From Clostridia bacterium (lineage in GTDB: Bacteria; Bacillota; Clostridia; Oscillospirales; CAG-272): a stretch of DNA of 64,000 bases. This document shows, piece after piece, positions 7,628 to 18,400 of this stretch. Position numbers and translations under genes: made by a program. The first letter of the stretch is position 1. Every line of letters starts with the position of its first letter. The stretch spans positions 81,908 through 145,907 of the forward strand of contig JAFTYG010000008.1 of NCBI GenBank assembly GCA_017461365.1. Reading direction: 5' to 3'. Under the pieces are notes generated by a model, which saw nothing but the letters and a program-made list of their open reading frames with translations, did no database searches and was not told the DNA's origin.

Positions 7628-10600
7628 ATGAAAAAGGCGAATTTTCTACGAATATCGGCTTTTGCGCTCGCGCTGATCTTTATCATGTCGACCTGCGTGA
7701 TCGCCGTAAGCGCTGACAATTCTTCTACGTCTGACTCTGTGTCGAGTACCACGACCAGCGACATTCAGGAATTGCTCAATGCTATTTCGTACAACGACTA
7801 CATCAGTAATAAAACGGGTGTAGACAAGGCAACGGAAGAGGACGAGGTCACTGTTTCCGCTGTTGAAAACTGGGAGTACGTTCTCAAAAACGGAAATACT
7901 CCCGCAGAAGATGACGACCAGGCAAAGGTGACTGAGGAGTACGGAAAGACAGGTCTTTACATTCCGAGTACGGGAACGGTAACCTGGACAACGACCGCTA
8001 TTACCAAGGCACTGAAATACAATGTGGTCATCGAATACTATCCGGTGGTGAACAAGGCAGCATCTATCGAGAGAGTTCTTTTGATAAACGGCGAGGTGCC
8101 TTTCTCCGAGGCGCGTCAGATGTCTATTGAAAAGGTATGGGCTACAAGCGAGCCTTACGCTGACGTTGATATAAATAACGGAAGCGTTACGCTCAGCGTT
8201 GACGGTAAGGATGCTACAAAGACGGTTGCTGAGTGGATAGCTGAGGCTTCTGCGAACGGCATTGAGGCTGTCGAGACTGAAAAGAAGGTCGGCGGCGAGA
8301 CAAAGCAGGTCCTCAGATACACCATGCCTACGGTGTGGAACGAGACGAACACTGCGTACGTCAACAAGATCGGTATAAGATTTTTCACGACCGATATTGA
8401 TGAAAACGAGATAAGATCGAACCTTGAGGACGATCCCGATTGGTATGAGTACACATTCAAGGACTCCAACGGATTTATGCAGGAGCCCTTCCAGGTAGTA
8501 TTCGAGCCCAACGAGGAGGGTGTTACTGAAATAACTCTCAGATCGGTCAACGAGCCGATAGTTATTTCCGAGATACGCCTTGTGGCTCCAGAGGATACTG
8601 TAACATATGAAGAGTATCTTGCAAAGTATCCGAATGCTCCCAAGGGTACGGGACAGCTCAAGATGGAGGCTGAGTACTTTGCAAATACCTCTTCTCAGAC
8701 CATCTACCCCATTTCCGATAATACAAGTGCTGTTACTTCTCCCGTAGCGGTCGACAGAACGATCCTTAACACGGTGGGCGGTGACAAGTGGCAGTCTGCG
8801 GGACAGTGGATCGAGTATTCCTTCACTGTTACGAGCACCGGTATGTATCAGATAGTTCCGCGCTTCAAGCAGAATCTGCTTGACGGTATGTACACGTCGA
8901 GAATGTTGTACATCTACAGCAGCGACGGAGAGTACGACGGACTTCCTTTCGAGGAGGCGGGCAGACTTAAGTTCGACTATTCCAGCGACTGGCAGGCTGC
9001 TCCCCTTACGGACGGCAACACCGTATTCGAGTTCTATTTTGAAGAGGGTGTTACATACACGCTTCGCTTTGAGATCTCGCTCGGTAAGATGGGCGACATC
9101 GTAAGACGAGTTCAGGAGGCTCTTGACTCGATAAACGATGACTATCTTAATATATTGAAGCTTACAGGCTCGACTCCCGACGAATACCGTGACTACGGAT
9201 TTTACAGAGTTATGCCTGACACGATGGTCGACATGATCATTCAGTCCGACGAGCTTGAGGCTATCTCGGCAGAGCTTACTGCTGAAGCTGAGGTAAAGAG
9301 CTCGATGACGGCTACGCTTGACAAGGTTGCGAGACTCCTTGACCAGATGGGTAAGGACGAGGACGAGGTTGCAAAGAACCTCGAGCAGCTCAAAACCTAC
9401 ATCGGTTCGCTTGGTACTTGGCTCTCCGATGCAAAGACGCAGCCCCTTGTATTTGACTACATCTGCATTCAGTCTTCCGAAGCTGAGCTTCCCAAAGCGA
9501 AGGCGAATATTTTTGAGGCTCTCTGGCACGAGATCAAGGGCTTCGTCACCAGCTTCTTCCGTAACTACGACCGTATGGGTGCTATGACCGAGACGGCGGG
9601 CGAGGAGTCTGTTGAGGTATGGCTTGCTTACGGACGCGACCAGACGCAGGTTATCCGCGGACTTATAAACAACGACTTCACCTACCACGGCGGAGATCCC
9701 ATAAACCTTAAGCTCGTATCGGGCGGAACGCTTCTGCCCTCGATCCTGTCACAGCAGGGACCTGACGTTTACATCGGTCTCGGACAGGGAGACGTTATCA
9801 ACTACGCTATCCGCGGAGCGCTCGTATCTATCGACGATATTCCCGAGCATGAGGAATATAAAGATAATGAAGCGAAGTTCTTTGAGGAGTTCGGTATGAC
9901 TCCCGAGGAGTTCTACGCTGAGTATGAGGATTCGAGAAGCGACTTCAACGAAGCGGCTATGATGGTTCTTGAGATCGAGAACGAGTTTGGTGAGCTTCAC
10001 TGCTACGGACTTCCCGAGACTCAGAACTTCAGCATGATGTTTGTCCGCGAGGACATTCTTGCAGAGCTTAACATCGAGATCCCCAAGACGTGGGACGACG
10101 TTAAGAAGGCGATCCCCGTGCTTCAGGCTAACAACATGCAGATAGGAATGCACAACGACAGTAAGATATTCCTTTACCAGAACGGCGGAGAGCTCTTTGC
10201 CGATGACGGTATGAGAATAAACCTTGACTCGAACGTTGCTCTTGAAGCCTTCACAACGATGTGTGACTTCTTTACGATGTACTCGTTCCCCTATTCCTAC
10301 GATTTTGCTAACCGTTTCAGAACGGGTGAGATGCCTATAGGATTTGCAACCTACACATCCACATACAACCAGCTCAAGGTATTCGCTACCGAGATCGAGG
10401 GACTCTGGTCCTTCTACCCGATGCCCGGTGTTATGGATGCGGAGGGCAACATCAACAACGCATCTGTTTCGTCTGTATCGGCTATAGTAATGATCGTCGG
10501 ATGTGATAACAAGTCGGGCGCGTGGGACTTCATGCGTTGGCACGTTGACGACCAGTGCCAGATAGACTACTCAAAGGAAATGGTAGCTATTCTCGGTCCT

Positions 10601-11233
10601 TCCGCTAAGCACGCAACCGCTAACGAGTCTGCTCTCAAGAGCTTGCCTTGGACGGCTGACGAGCTTGAGCAGCTTGAATATCAGTTCAACAATCTCGCAT
10701 CTATTCCTAACTACCCCGGTAACTACATAGTTGACCGTTACCTTAAGTTCGCGTTCCTTGATGCATACAATGACAATTTGGATCCCGCAAAGGCTATTGA
10801 GTCTTACGTATCCATCATCAACAAGGAGATCGCGCGTAAGCGTGAGGAGTTCAACCTTGAGACACTTCAGTATGGCGACGACGTTTGCCCCACTCTTGCT
10901 AACAAGCGTCTGAGACAGGCTGAGGCTGAGCTCACAAAGTTCAAGAGCTCGTCGGCTTACAGCAGCAGCTATGACGAAACCTACAATATTATAATGAAGC
11001 TTATTGCCAGCCACGAAACGGAGGATTACGCATCGCTCAACGAGCTTGCGGATGCTCTTGAGGAGCAGGTAAAGGCTAATGGCGGCGCGACATACACCGC
11101 AGCCGTAGAGATCGCCGCAAGCAACGATAAGGGCGGAGAGAACAACTCCAATCCTTACGTTTCGGCAGTTCTTGCGATCGAGTATATGAGAGACGCGGCT
11201 AACGCGCTTAAGATATACGAGAATTACAAATAA
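7628..11233 (+). CDS. Giant secreted ABC substrate-binding protein (family-1-like SBP domain) with a ~650-aa N-terminal extension
   Basis: ATG at 7628 after a GGAGGA RBS. Signal peptide MKKANFLRISAFALALIFIMSTCVIAVSA. The C-terminal ~540 aa resemble sugar SBPs (VEVWLAYGRDQTQVIRGLINNDF..., WDDVKKAIPVLQANNMQIGM). The N-terminal part contains CBM6/35-like stretches (MEAEYFAN...GGDKWQSAGQWIEYSFTVTSTGMYQIVPRF) and a coiled-coil linker. Confidence 0.8.
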   Translation: MKKANFLRISAFALALIFIMSTCVIAVSADNSSTSDSVSSTTTSDIQELLNAISYNDYISNKTGVDKATEEDEVTVSAVENWEYVLKNGNTPAEDDDQAKVTEEYGKTGLYIPSTGTVTWTTTAITKALKYNVVIEYYPVVNKAASIERVLLINGEVPFSEARQMSIEKVWATSEPYADVDINNGSVTLSVDGKDATKTVAEWIAEASANGIEAVETEKKVGGETKQVLRYTMPTVWNETNTAYVNKIGIRFFTTDIDENEIRSNLEDDPDWYEYTFKDSNGFMQEPFQVVFEPNEEGVTEITLRSVNEPIVISEIRLVAPEDTVTYEEYLAKYPNAPKGTGQLKMEAEYFANTSSQTIYPISDNTSAVTSPVAVDRTILNTVGGDKWQSAGQWIEYSFTVTSTGMYQIVPRFKQNLLDGMYTSRMLYIYSSDGEYDGLPFEEAGRLKFDYSSDWQAAPLTDGNTVFEFYFEEGVTYTLRFEISLGKMGDIVRRVQEALDSINDDYLNILKLTGSTPDEYRDYGFYRVMPDTMVDMIIQSDELEAISAELTAEAEVKSSMTATLDKVARLLDQMGKDEDEVAKNLEQLKTYIGSLGTWLSDAKTQPLVFDYICIQSSEAELPKAKANIFEALWHEIKGFVTSFFRNYDRMGAMTETAGEESVEVWLAYGRDQTQVIRGLINNDFTYHGGDPINLKLVSGGTLLPSILSQQGPDVYIGLGQGDVINYAIRGALVSIDDIPEHEEYKDNEAKFFEEFGMTPEEFYAEYEDSRSDFNEAAMMVLEIENEFGELHCYGLPETQNFSMMFVREDILAELNIEIPKTWDDVKKAIPVLQANNMQIGMHNDSKIFLYQNGGELFADDGMRINLDSNVALEAFTTMCDFFTMYSFPYSYDFANRFRTGEMPIGFATYTSTYNQLKVFATEIEGLWSFYPMPGVMDAEGNINNASVSSVSAIVMIVGCDNKSGAWDFMRWHVDDQCQIDYSKEMVAILGPSAKHATANESALKSLPWTADELEQLEYQFNNLASIPNYPGNYIVDRYLKFAFLDAYNDNLDPAKAIESYVSIINKEIARKREEFNLETLQYGDDVCPTLANKRLRQAEAELTKFKSSSAYSSSYDETYNIIMKLIASHETEDYASLNELADALEEQVKANGGATYTAAVEIAASNDKGGENNSNPYVSAVLAIEYMRDAANALKIYENYK

Positions 11234-11277
11234 TCACCGTAACTATTCTATAAATACTTTAAGAAGGAGAAAAAAGT

Positions 11278-12225
11278 ATGTCCCCCAAAACGGCAAAGAA
11301 AAAAGCTGTGGCGCGTAAGGATATGTCCAGACTTGCCTGGACATGGAAGGAAATGAAGCGCAACTGGGTAGCCTATCTGATGGTTGCTCCGTACATGCTT
11401 ATATTTACCTGCTTTACGATCTTGCCTGTTGTGCTGTCCATAGTGCTCAGCTTCACAGACTTTAACCTGCTTCAGCTGCCTAATATTGTCTGGTTTGATA
11501 ACTATATCAGACTTTTCCTTGATGATGACATATTCCTCATTGCGGCGCAGAACACGCTGATATTTGCGGCGATAGTCGGACCTGTATCATATTTCATGTC
11601 CCTCCTTATCGCTTGGTTCATCAACGAGCTCTCACCGAAGATAAGAGCTGTCGTAACTCTTATCTTCTACGCTCCCTCAATTTCAGGTCAGGTCTACCTC
11701 GTATGGAAAACGCTCTTCTCGAGTGACTCCTACGGTTGGGCTAATGCTTGGCTTATGGAGCTTGGAATAATTTCAAAAGAAATAGCTTGGTTTGAGGACG
11801 CCGACTACGTTATGCCTCTTTGTATAGTAGTCGCGCTCTGGACCTCGCTCGGTACTGCATTCCTTTCCTTCATCGCGGGCTTGCAGGGTATCGACAAAGC
11901 GCAGTATGAGGCCGGCGCTGTTGACGGTATCAAGAACAGATGGCAGGAGCTTTGGTACATAACGCTTCCCAACATGAAGCCTCAGCTTATGTTCGGTGCG
12001 GTAATGGCTATTACAAACTCCTTTGGTTTCGGCGGAGTCGTTACGGCTCTCTGCGGATTCCCCTCAGTTGACTATGCTGCGCACACCATCGTCCACCATC
12101 TTGAGGACTACGGTTCACAGCGTTTCGAAATCGGTTACTCTTCAACCATCGCAGTTGTGCTCTTCGTGGTAATGATAGGCGCGAATGCTTTGGTAAAGAA
12201 GGTACTTTCAAAGGTAGGATCGTGA
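11278..12225 (+). CDS. Carbohydrate ABC transporter permease (MalF/LplB-like), pair 1
   Basis: AAGGAG RBS, multiple TM segments and the EAA loop LQGIDKAQYEAGAVDGIKNRWQELWYITLPNMKP. Confidence 0.9.
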   Translation: MSPKTAKKKAVARKDMSRLAWTWKEMKRNWVAYLMVAPYMLIFTCFTILPVVLSIVLSFTDFNLLQLPNIVWFDNYIRLFLDDDIFLIAAQNTLIFAAIVGPVSYFMSLLIAWFINELSPKIRAVVTLIFYAPSISGQVYLVWKTLFSSDSYGWANAWLMELGIISKEIAWFEDADYVMPLCIVVALWTSLGTAFLSFIAGLQGIDKAQYEAGAVDGIKNRWQELWYITLPNMKPQLMFGAVMAITNSFGFGGVVTALCGFPSVDYAAHTIVHHLEDYGSQRFEIGYSSTIAVVLFVVMIGANALVKKVLSKVGS

Positions 12226-12226
12226 T

Positions 12227-13102
12227 ATGGCAAGAAAGTTAAGAACAAGAAAACATAAGGTCGTGCTTGCCCGTTCCAGAAGCGGTGACTTCGGTATAAC
12301 GGTCCTGTTGGTACTCCTCGGAGCATTTATGTTCCTTCCTATGTACTACGTCGTTATTCAGTCGCTCAAGCCTCTCGACGAGCTTTGGATGTTCCCTCCG
12401 AGATTTTACGTTACACGTCCGACATTTAAGAACTTTAAGGATCTGTTCACTTTGATGAGCGGAAACCTCGTACCTTTTTCAAGATACATATTCAACACGG
12501 TATTTACATCGGTTGCCGGTACCTTCGGAAACCTGTTCCTCTCCTCCATGGCGGCTTACGCAATGGCTAAGATCAAGTTCCCCGGCGGTAAGATGATGTT
12601 TAAGACGGTAAGAACGTCTCTTATGTTCCACCAGACCGTTACGGCGGTTTGTTGCTTCATTCTTATGAGTGCGTTCAAGATGATCGATACCTATTGGGCT
12701 ATCATAGTTCCCGCGTGGGCTACCTCGCTCGGACTATACCTTATGAAGCAGTTCATGGAGACCGGTGTTACCAACGCGGTGCTTGAGAGCTCGCGTTTGG
12801 ACGGCGCAAGTGAGTTGCGAACATTCTGGACGATAGCGATGCCGATGGTTAAGCCCGCGTGGCTGACGCTTATCGTTTACTGTTTCCAGGATCTCTGGAA
12901 CAAGGGTGCGTCCATCTACATCCACTCCGAGCAGCTCAAGTCGCTCAACTACGCTATCCAGCAGATAACTGCCGGAGGTATCAAGCGTGCGGGCGCCAGC
13001 GCGGCGGCGACGGTCGTCATGATGATCGTTCCTATTCTCGTATTCGTTATATCTCAGTCCAATATCATTGAGACCATGGGATCGAGCGGTATGAAAGACT
13101 AA
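12227..13102 (+). CDS. Carbohydrate ABC transporter permease (MalG/LplC-like), pair 1
   Basis: The start lies 1 nt after the upstream stop. EAA loop ESSRLDGASELRTFWTIAMPMVKP. Confidence 0.9.
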   Translation: MARKLRTRKHKVVLARSRSGDFGITVLLVLLGAFMFLPMYYVVIQSLKPLDELWMFPPRFYVTRPTFKNFKDLFTLMSGNLVPFSRYIFNTVFTSVAGTFGNLFLSSMAAYAMAKIKFPGGKMMFKTVRTSLMFHQTVTAVCCFILMSAFKMIDTYWAIIVPAWATSLGLYLMKQFMETGVTNAVLESSRLDGASELRTFWTIAMPMVKPAWLTLIVYCFQDLWNKGASIYIHSEQLKSLNYAIQQITAGGIKRAGASAAATVVMMIVPILVFVISQSNIIETMGSSGMKD

Positions 13103-13122
13103 TCTTACAGAGGAGGAGAAAA

Positions 13123-15459
13123 ATGAAAAAGATAGCAGCAATTATTTGCGTATTGTTTGCGTTGGTCATGGTTTTGGCTCTCCCTGTAAGTGCGGCAACT
13201 CCTTATCAGACCTATACGTACTCTATAGGCGGAACGGCGCTTTACTCGCCTGACGCTTACGTTCCCTCGAAGAACATCGACGCGACGTATATGGGCCTTG
13301 ATGATGCAGATTTCCTTTGCAAGTATCATAGCGATCTGGCTACTGCCCGCGACAAGCTGGCTGAGACAGAGGCGGTGCTTGCGGAAGCCGCAGAGCTCTA
13401 CGCAACGACTGACAAGAATTATACTCAGGCTCAGTCGGCTTACAACACGGCTAACAAGACATATACCGATCTTTACAAGAGCTACAGTAAAATATCAAGT
13501 CCCTCCGATATAGAGGTTGACGACGAAGGCAACGTATATATCGCGGACACGGGTAACAGTCGAATCATCGTACTCGACCGTTACTACAACGTAAAGTTTA
13601 TCATCGCAAGCTTCCTTAACAGACAGGGAATTATGGACGGTCTGAACAAGCCTAAGGGCGTGTACATAACCTCCGACAAGCCCCTTGAGGATAAGGAAGG
13701 TAAGATATACGTGTGCGACACAGAGGCGTACCGTATAGTTACGTTTGACCGCGAGGGTAACTTTATCGACATCATTCCGAAGCCCGAGTCTGAGCTTTTC
13801 GATTCGAGCTCGGTCTACAAGCCCGTTGCGGTTGCAGTTGATAACTACGACAGACTTTACGTCGTATCCTCAACTACCTACCAGGGTATCATCGTTATGA
13901 CAGAGGCTGGTGAATTCACCGGATTTGTCGGTGCGCAGAAGGTTACTATCTCGGCTTGGGACAGAATTTGGAGAAATTTCCAGACCGAAGAGCAGAGAGA
14001 GCTTTCTCAGTCCTACGTTTCCACCGAGTTCAACAACATAACGCTTACAGGTGACTTTATCTACGTTACCACATCCTCTATTTCGGAGGCGAACGTAATT
14101 TCGTCCTTGACCTCGACCTCGGGTGACTACGCTCCCGTTAAGATGCTGAACGCGTCGGGCGATGAGATCATGAGACGTAACGGCTTCTTCTCTCCCTCGG
14201 GTGAGGTTGACCATGCAAAGGTAAAGACCTCCGACACTATCTACGGAGCATCCACCGTTGTTGACGTTGCCGTCGGCCCTGAGAAGACGTGGTCGATCAT
14301 CGACCAGAAGCGAAGCAAGGTATTTACCTATGACTTTGACGGTAATCTTCTCTTTGCTTTCGGTGATATGGGACGTCAGCTCGGTAACATTTCTCAGAAA
14401 GGTCTTGCGGGTATCGTTTATCAGGGCGACAATATGCTTCTTTTGAACGCTACCGACGCTACTTTCACTGTTTACAACAGAACAGAGTACGGCGACGTAC
14501 TTATTCAGGCGTTGCAAAATCAGAACAACCGTCAGAACGACCAGGCTATCAAGGACTGGAAGGAGATACTGAAGAGAAACTCCAACTTTGACGCGGCGTA
14601 CATCGGAATAGGTAACGCTCTGTCCAATCAGAACAAGTATGAAGAATCTCTTACATACTATAAGGCTGCTTACGACACCGCTAACTACTCCACATCTTAT
14701 GCGGAGCTGAGAAAGACTTGGATCTCCAAGTATATTCTTCTCATTCCCGTATTCGTTATCGCGTTGGTATTTGCAATCAGCAAGTTCCTCGGATATTCGA
14801 AGAAGCTGAACAAGCGTGTTTCTACGTCGAGAGAAAAGCGTACCTTCTGGCAGGAGATCATGTTCGCGTTCCACGTCATATTCCATCCCTTTGACGGTTT
14901 CTGGGATATGAAGCATGAAAAGAGAGGCTCTCTCAGAGCTGCGATAACTATTCTTGCCGTAACGATAGCAGGCTTCTACTATCAGAATATCGGTCAGGGA
15001 TACATTATGAATCCTACGGGCGCTTATTCGACGATATTCTCGACGATAACGAGCGTACTTGTTCCTCTCTTCCTTTGGGTAGTCGCTAACTGGTGTCTTA
15101 CCACGCTGTTTGACGGCGAGGGAAGCTTCAAGGATATTTTCATCGCTACCTGTTACGCGCTGACACCTATGCCCATCATCATGATACCCGCTACTATCGC
15201 ATCGAACTTCATCCTTGCGAGTGAGACCGGAATACTTTCTCTCATCATAACGATAGCGTTTATCTGGGCAGGAATACTTATATTCTTTGGAACAATGGTC
15301 ACACACGATTACTCTATGGGTAAGAACGTGATAACGACTCTTGGAACTATTGTGGGAATGGTAATCATAATGTTTATTGCGATACTGTTCTCCACGCTTC
15401 TCGGAAAGCTCGTAAGCTTTGCTACAAACATAGTGACCGAGCTACAATACCGAATGTAA
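13123..15459 (+). CDS. Membrane protein: signal peptide, coiled coil, NHL-like beta-propeller, TPR, C-terminal Yip1-like multi-TM domain
   Basis: GGAGGAG RBS. Signal peptide ending LPVSA. NHL-like blades are visible (DIEVDDEGNVYIADTGNSRIIVLD; GKIYVCDTEAYRIVTFDREGNF; VAVDNYDRLYVV). TPR-like stretch AYIGIGNALSNQNKYEESLTYYKAAYD. About 6 hydrophobic helices lie in the last 230 aa, with a Yip1-type layout. Confidence 0.7.
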   Translation: MKKIAAIICVLFALVMVLALPVSAATPYQTYTYSIGGTALYSPDAYVPSKNIDATYMGLDDADFLCKYHSDLATARDKLAETEAVLAEAAELYATTDKNYTQAQSAYNTANKTYTDLYKSYSKISSPSDIEVDDEGNVYIADTGNSRIIVLDRYYNVKFIIASFLNRQGIMDGLNKPKGVYITSDKPLEDKEGKIYVCDTEAYRIVTFDREGNFIDIIPKPESELFDSSSVYKPVAVAVDNYDRLYVVSSTTYQGIIVMTEAGEFTGFVGAQKVTISAWDRIWRNFQTEEQRELSQSYVSTEFNNITLTGDFIYVTTSSISEANVISSLTSTSGDYAPVKMLNASGDEIMRRNGFFSPSGEVDHAKVKTSDTIYGASTVVDVAVGPEKTWSIIDQKRSKVFTYDFDGNLLFAFGDMGRQLGNISQKGLAGIVYQGDNMLLLNATDATFTVYNRTEYGDVLIQALQNQNNRQNDQAIKDWKEILKRNSNFDAAYIGIGNALSNQNKYEESLTYYKAAYDTANYSTSYAELRKTWISKYILLIPVFVIALVFAISKFLGYSKKLNKRVSTSREKRTFWQEIMFAFHVIFHPFDGFWDMKHEKRGSLRAAITILAVTIAGFYYQNIGQGYIMNPTGAYSTIFSTITSVLVPLFLWVVANWCLTTLFDGEGSFKDIFIATCYALTPMPIIMIPATIASNFILASETGILSLIITIAFIWAGILIFFGTMVTHDYSMGKNVITTLGTIVGMVIIMFIAILFSTLLGKLVSFATNIVTELQYRM

Positions 15460-15483
15460 ACAGATAGGAGGTAGATTTTAATA

Positions 15484-18400
15484 ATGAAAGTAATAAAGTT
15501 AATATCGACTCTCTTGGCTGTTCTTATGCTTGCGAGCGCGTTTACCATATTGGCGAGCGCTGAAACATCCCAAACAAGCGGTCCTGTATATTCCACCCTC
15601 ACGGGTAACGGAAATTCCCTTATGAAATATGATAAGGAAACCGATACGTACGCGTACAAGACGGGTGAATATCTGGATGCTGAGGGTAAAACTCAGGTAG
15701 TCGATTCTGCGGAAGAAAAGATCGCGCTTATGGACTACCGCTACGGCACCGATAAATATGAGCTGTACGTTGATGCGTACAGCGGAGAAGTAGCCATCCG
15801 TTCGAAGGCTACGGGCGAGACACTTTTCACTAACCCCTACAACATAGGTCAGTCCAAGGCTACCGCATCTGACGGCAGTACGAAGGATGAGATCATGTCC
15901 CAGCTGATAGTTCACTATACTGATGTTAAGGCTGACACAAGCGGTACGCTTTACAGCTACACATGGGCGGCTGTCAGAAAGCAGATATCGGTAATGAACA
16001 TCAAGGGCGGTATTCGTGTAGAATACACCATCGGACGCGAGGAAAGCAAGAGCCTTTTGCCCCGTATGATCGAGGCTACGGCTATGGAAGAGATCTTCGC
16101 TACCATCGAAGCGAACATGGAGGCTGCAATTGCGGCGGGCACGATCGCTGAGAGCAAGGTAAAGGATGAAAGACACAGACTCGAGCAGTTCAAGGCTTAC
16201 TACTCAAGATACAGTCTTGACGATGCGATAAACCAGGAAATGCATGACAAGTACTGCCAGGACTATCCCATCCTTGAGAAGTTCGAGCAGCTTGCAGCGA
16301 CAGATCCCACCTATGAGGGCTTTGCGATCTACGTGCTCGACGAGGCAAACATGGGTGAGCAGACCATCAAGAAGCAGGAGGCTCTTATCAAGGAGTACTG
16401 CAAGGAATACACCTTCCAGGACATGGAAGAGGATCATGCTTACGTAGAGTATGAGGCTGAAACAGAGAACTATCCTCTGTTCAAGATGGCTCTTGAGTAC
16501 ACCGTTGAGGACACGGGACTTGTTGTAAGACTTCCCGCAAACGGTATCCGTTTCAACGAGTCTCTCTACCGTCTCGACTATATCGAGATACTCCCTTACA
16601 TGGGAGCAGGTATGAACCCCAACGAGGGTTACACCTTCTTCCCCGACGGTTCGGGAACGCTCTTTGATTTCCAGGAGATCGCAATTCTCGGAACACGTCA
16701 GCTTATCTCGGGTAAGGTTTACGGTCAGGATTACGCTTACCATGAGGTATCCGGTATGTATGAGGAGGTTATCCGTTATCCCGTTTACGGTGTTTATGAG
16801 AAGGAAAATCTCACAAAGACCGAGACCGACGCTGACGGAAACGAGACTACCGTTGAATACACAAAGGATCGCGGATTTGTAGCGATCGTTGAAGAGGGTG
16901 ACTCTCTTATCGAGCTTTCCTCCTCTCACGGCGGCGTTGCGAGTGAGTACAACACCGTAAGACTTTCGGTGTACCCCAGACCTACCGACTCTTATAACAT
17001 CGCAGATGCTATCTCGGTCGGTTCGAACACCGAGTGGACGGTCGTTTCGGCAAGAAAGTACACGGGCAGCTACAAGGTGCGTTACATAATGCTTACCGAG
17101 GACGAGATCGCCAAGGAGGCTAACGCTAAGGCGATAGCTGAGGGCGGAGTTGCCGAGACTTACTATGAGCCTTCTTACGTTGGTATGGCTCTTGCATACC
17201 GCGACTATCTTGAGAAGGATCTCAAGGTACTTACAAGACTTACATCCGAGGACGTAAGCGATGATATTCCTCTTTACATTGAGGTATTCGGAGCTTTGGA
17301 GACCACGGAAAAATTCCTTTCGATCCCGATCGACGTAATGACGCCTTTGACGACCTTTGAGGACATAAAGACTATGTACACTAACCTCAAGGATCTTGGC
17401 GACAACTCGATCACAAACGTAAACTTCATTATGAAGGGCTTTACCGACGGCGGTCTTACAAGTCCTTCCGTACCGTACAATCTCAAGTGGGAGAGCGCGG
17501 TATCCAAGGAGATGGATTTTGAGGAGCTCACCGAATACGCAAAGCAGGAGGGCTTTGGACTTTTCCCTGATTTTGATTTCGTATTCTACTCCACAAATAC
17601 TCTCTTTGACGGACTCAATGCCAACAAGCATTCCGCAAAGACAATCGACGGACGTTACACAAGTAAGCGTGAATACAGCGCGACAAAGCACACATACGTA
17701 AGCTACTATGAGCTTGCGCTCTCTTCCGCATACTTCAGCCACTTCTATGAGAAGTTCGTACCCAAGTATGAAAAATACTCGCCTATCGGTATTTCAGTAG
17801 CATCTCTCGGATCCTACCTGAACTCCGACTTTGACGAGGATGAGCCTTACAACCGCGCTGACAGCCAGAAGTACACCGAAGAGGCATTCGCTTACATTGA
17901 GAGCGAGCTCGAGGGTACTGAGATAATGACATCGGGCGGTAACGCGTACTCCTGGAAGTACGTTGACCACATCACAGACATCGCACTTGACTCCAGCCGC
18001 TTCTCGATCTCCTCTGCATCTGTTCCTTTCCTCGGAATAGTGCTTCACGGATACATCGAGATCGCAGGTACGCCTATCAACATGGAAGGTAACCTTGACT
18101 ATGCGTTCCTGAAGTCGCTCGAAAGCGGTTCTGCACTGAAGTTCATACTTTCCTACCGCAACACCGAAAAGCTCAAGGATTATGAAACGCTCAGCCAATA
18201 CTACTCTGTGAACTATGACATCTGGTACGATAACGGCAACGGAGATCTCGTTACTATGTATCACGCTCTCAATGACGTTCTCGCGGACGTTCAGACGAGC
18301 ACCATAATCGGTCATGAGTTTATTGAGGGTGTTCGTGTTCCCGACGATGATGAGCTTATGCTTGACGCTGAGCAGGCTATCAAGGACGCTATCGAGTATG

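Noticed and set aside
7646-9688. 680-aa antisense ORF opposite the giant SBP gene. The same problem applies to 13870..15306, 16204..17742 and 17794..18687 opposite the NHL and 1443-aa genes
   Set aside because: The translations are Arg/Leu/Ser/Val-rich nonsense without motifs. The plus-strand genes have RBSs, signal peptides and tight operon spacing.
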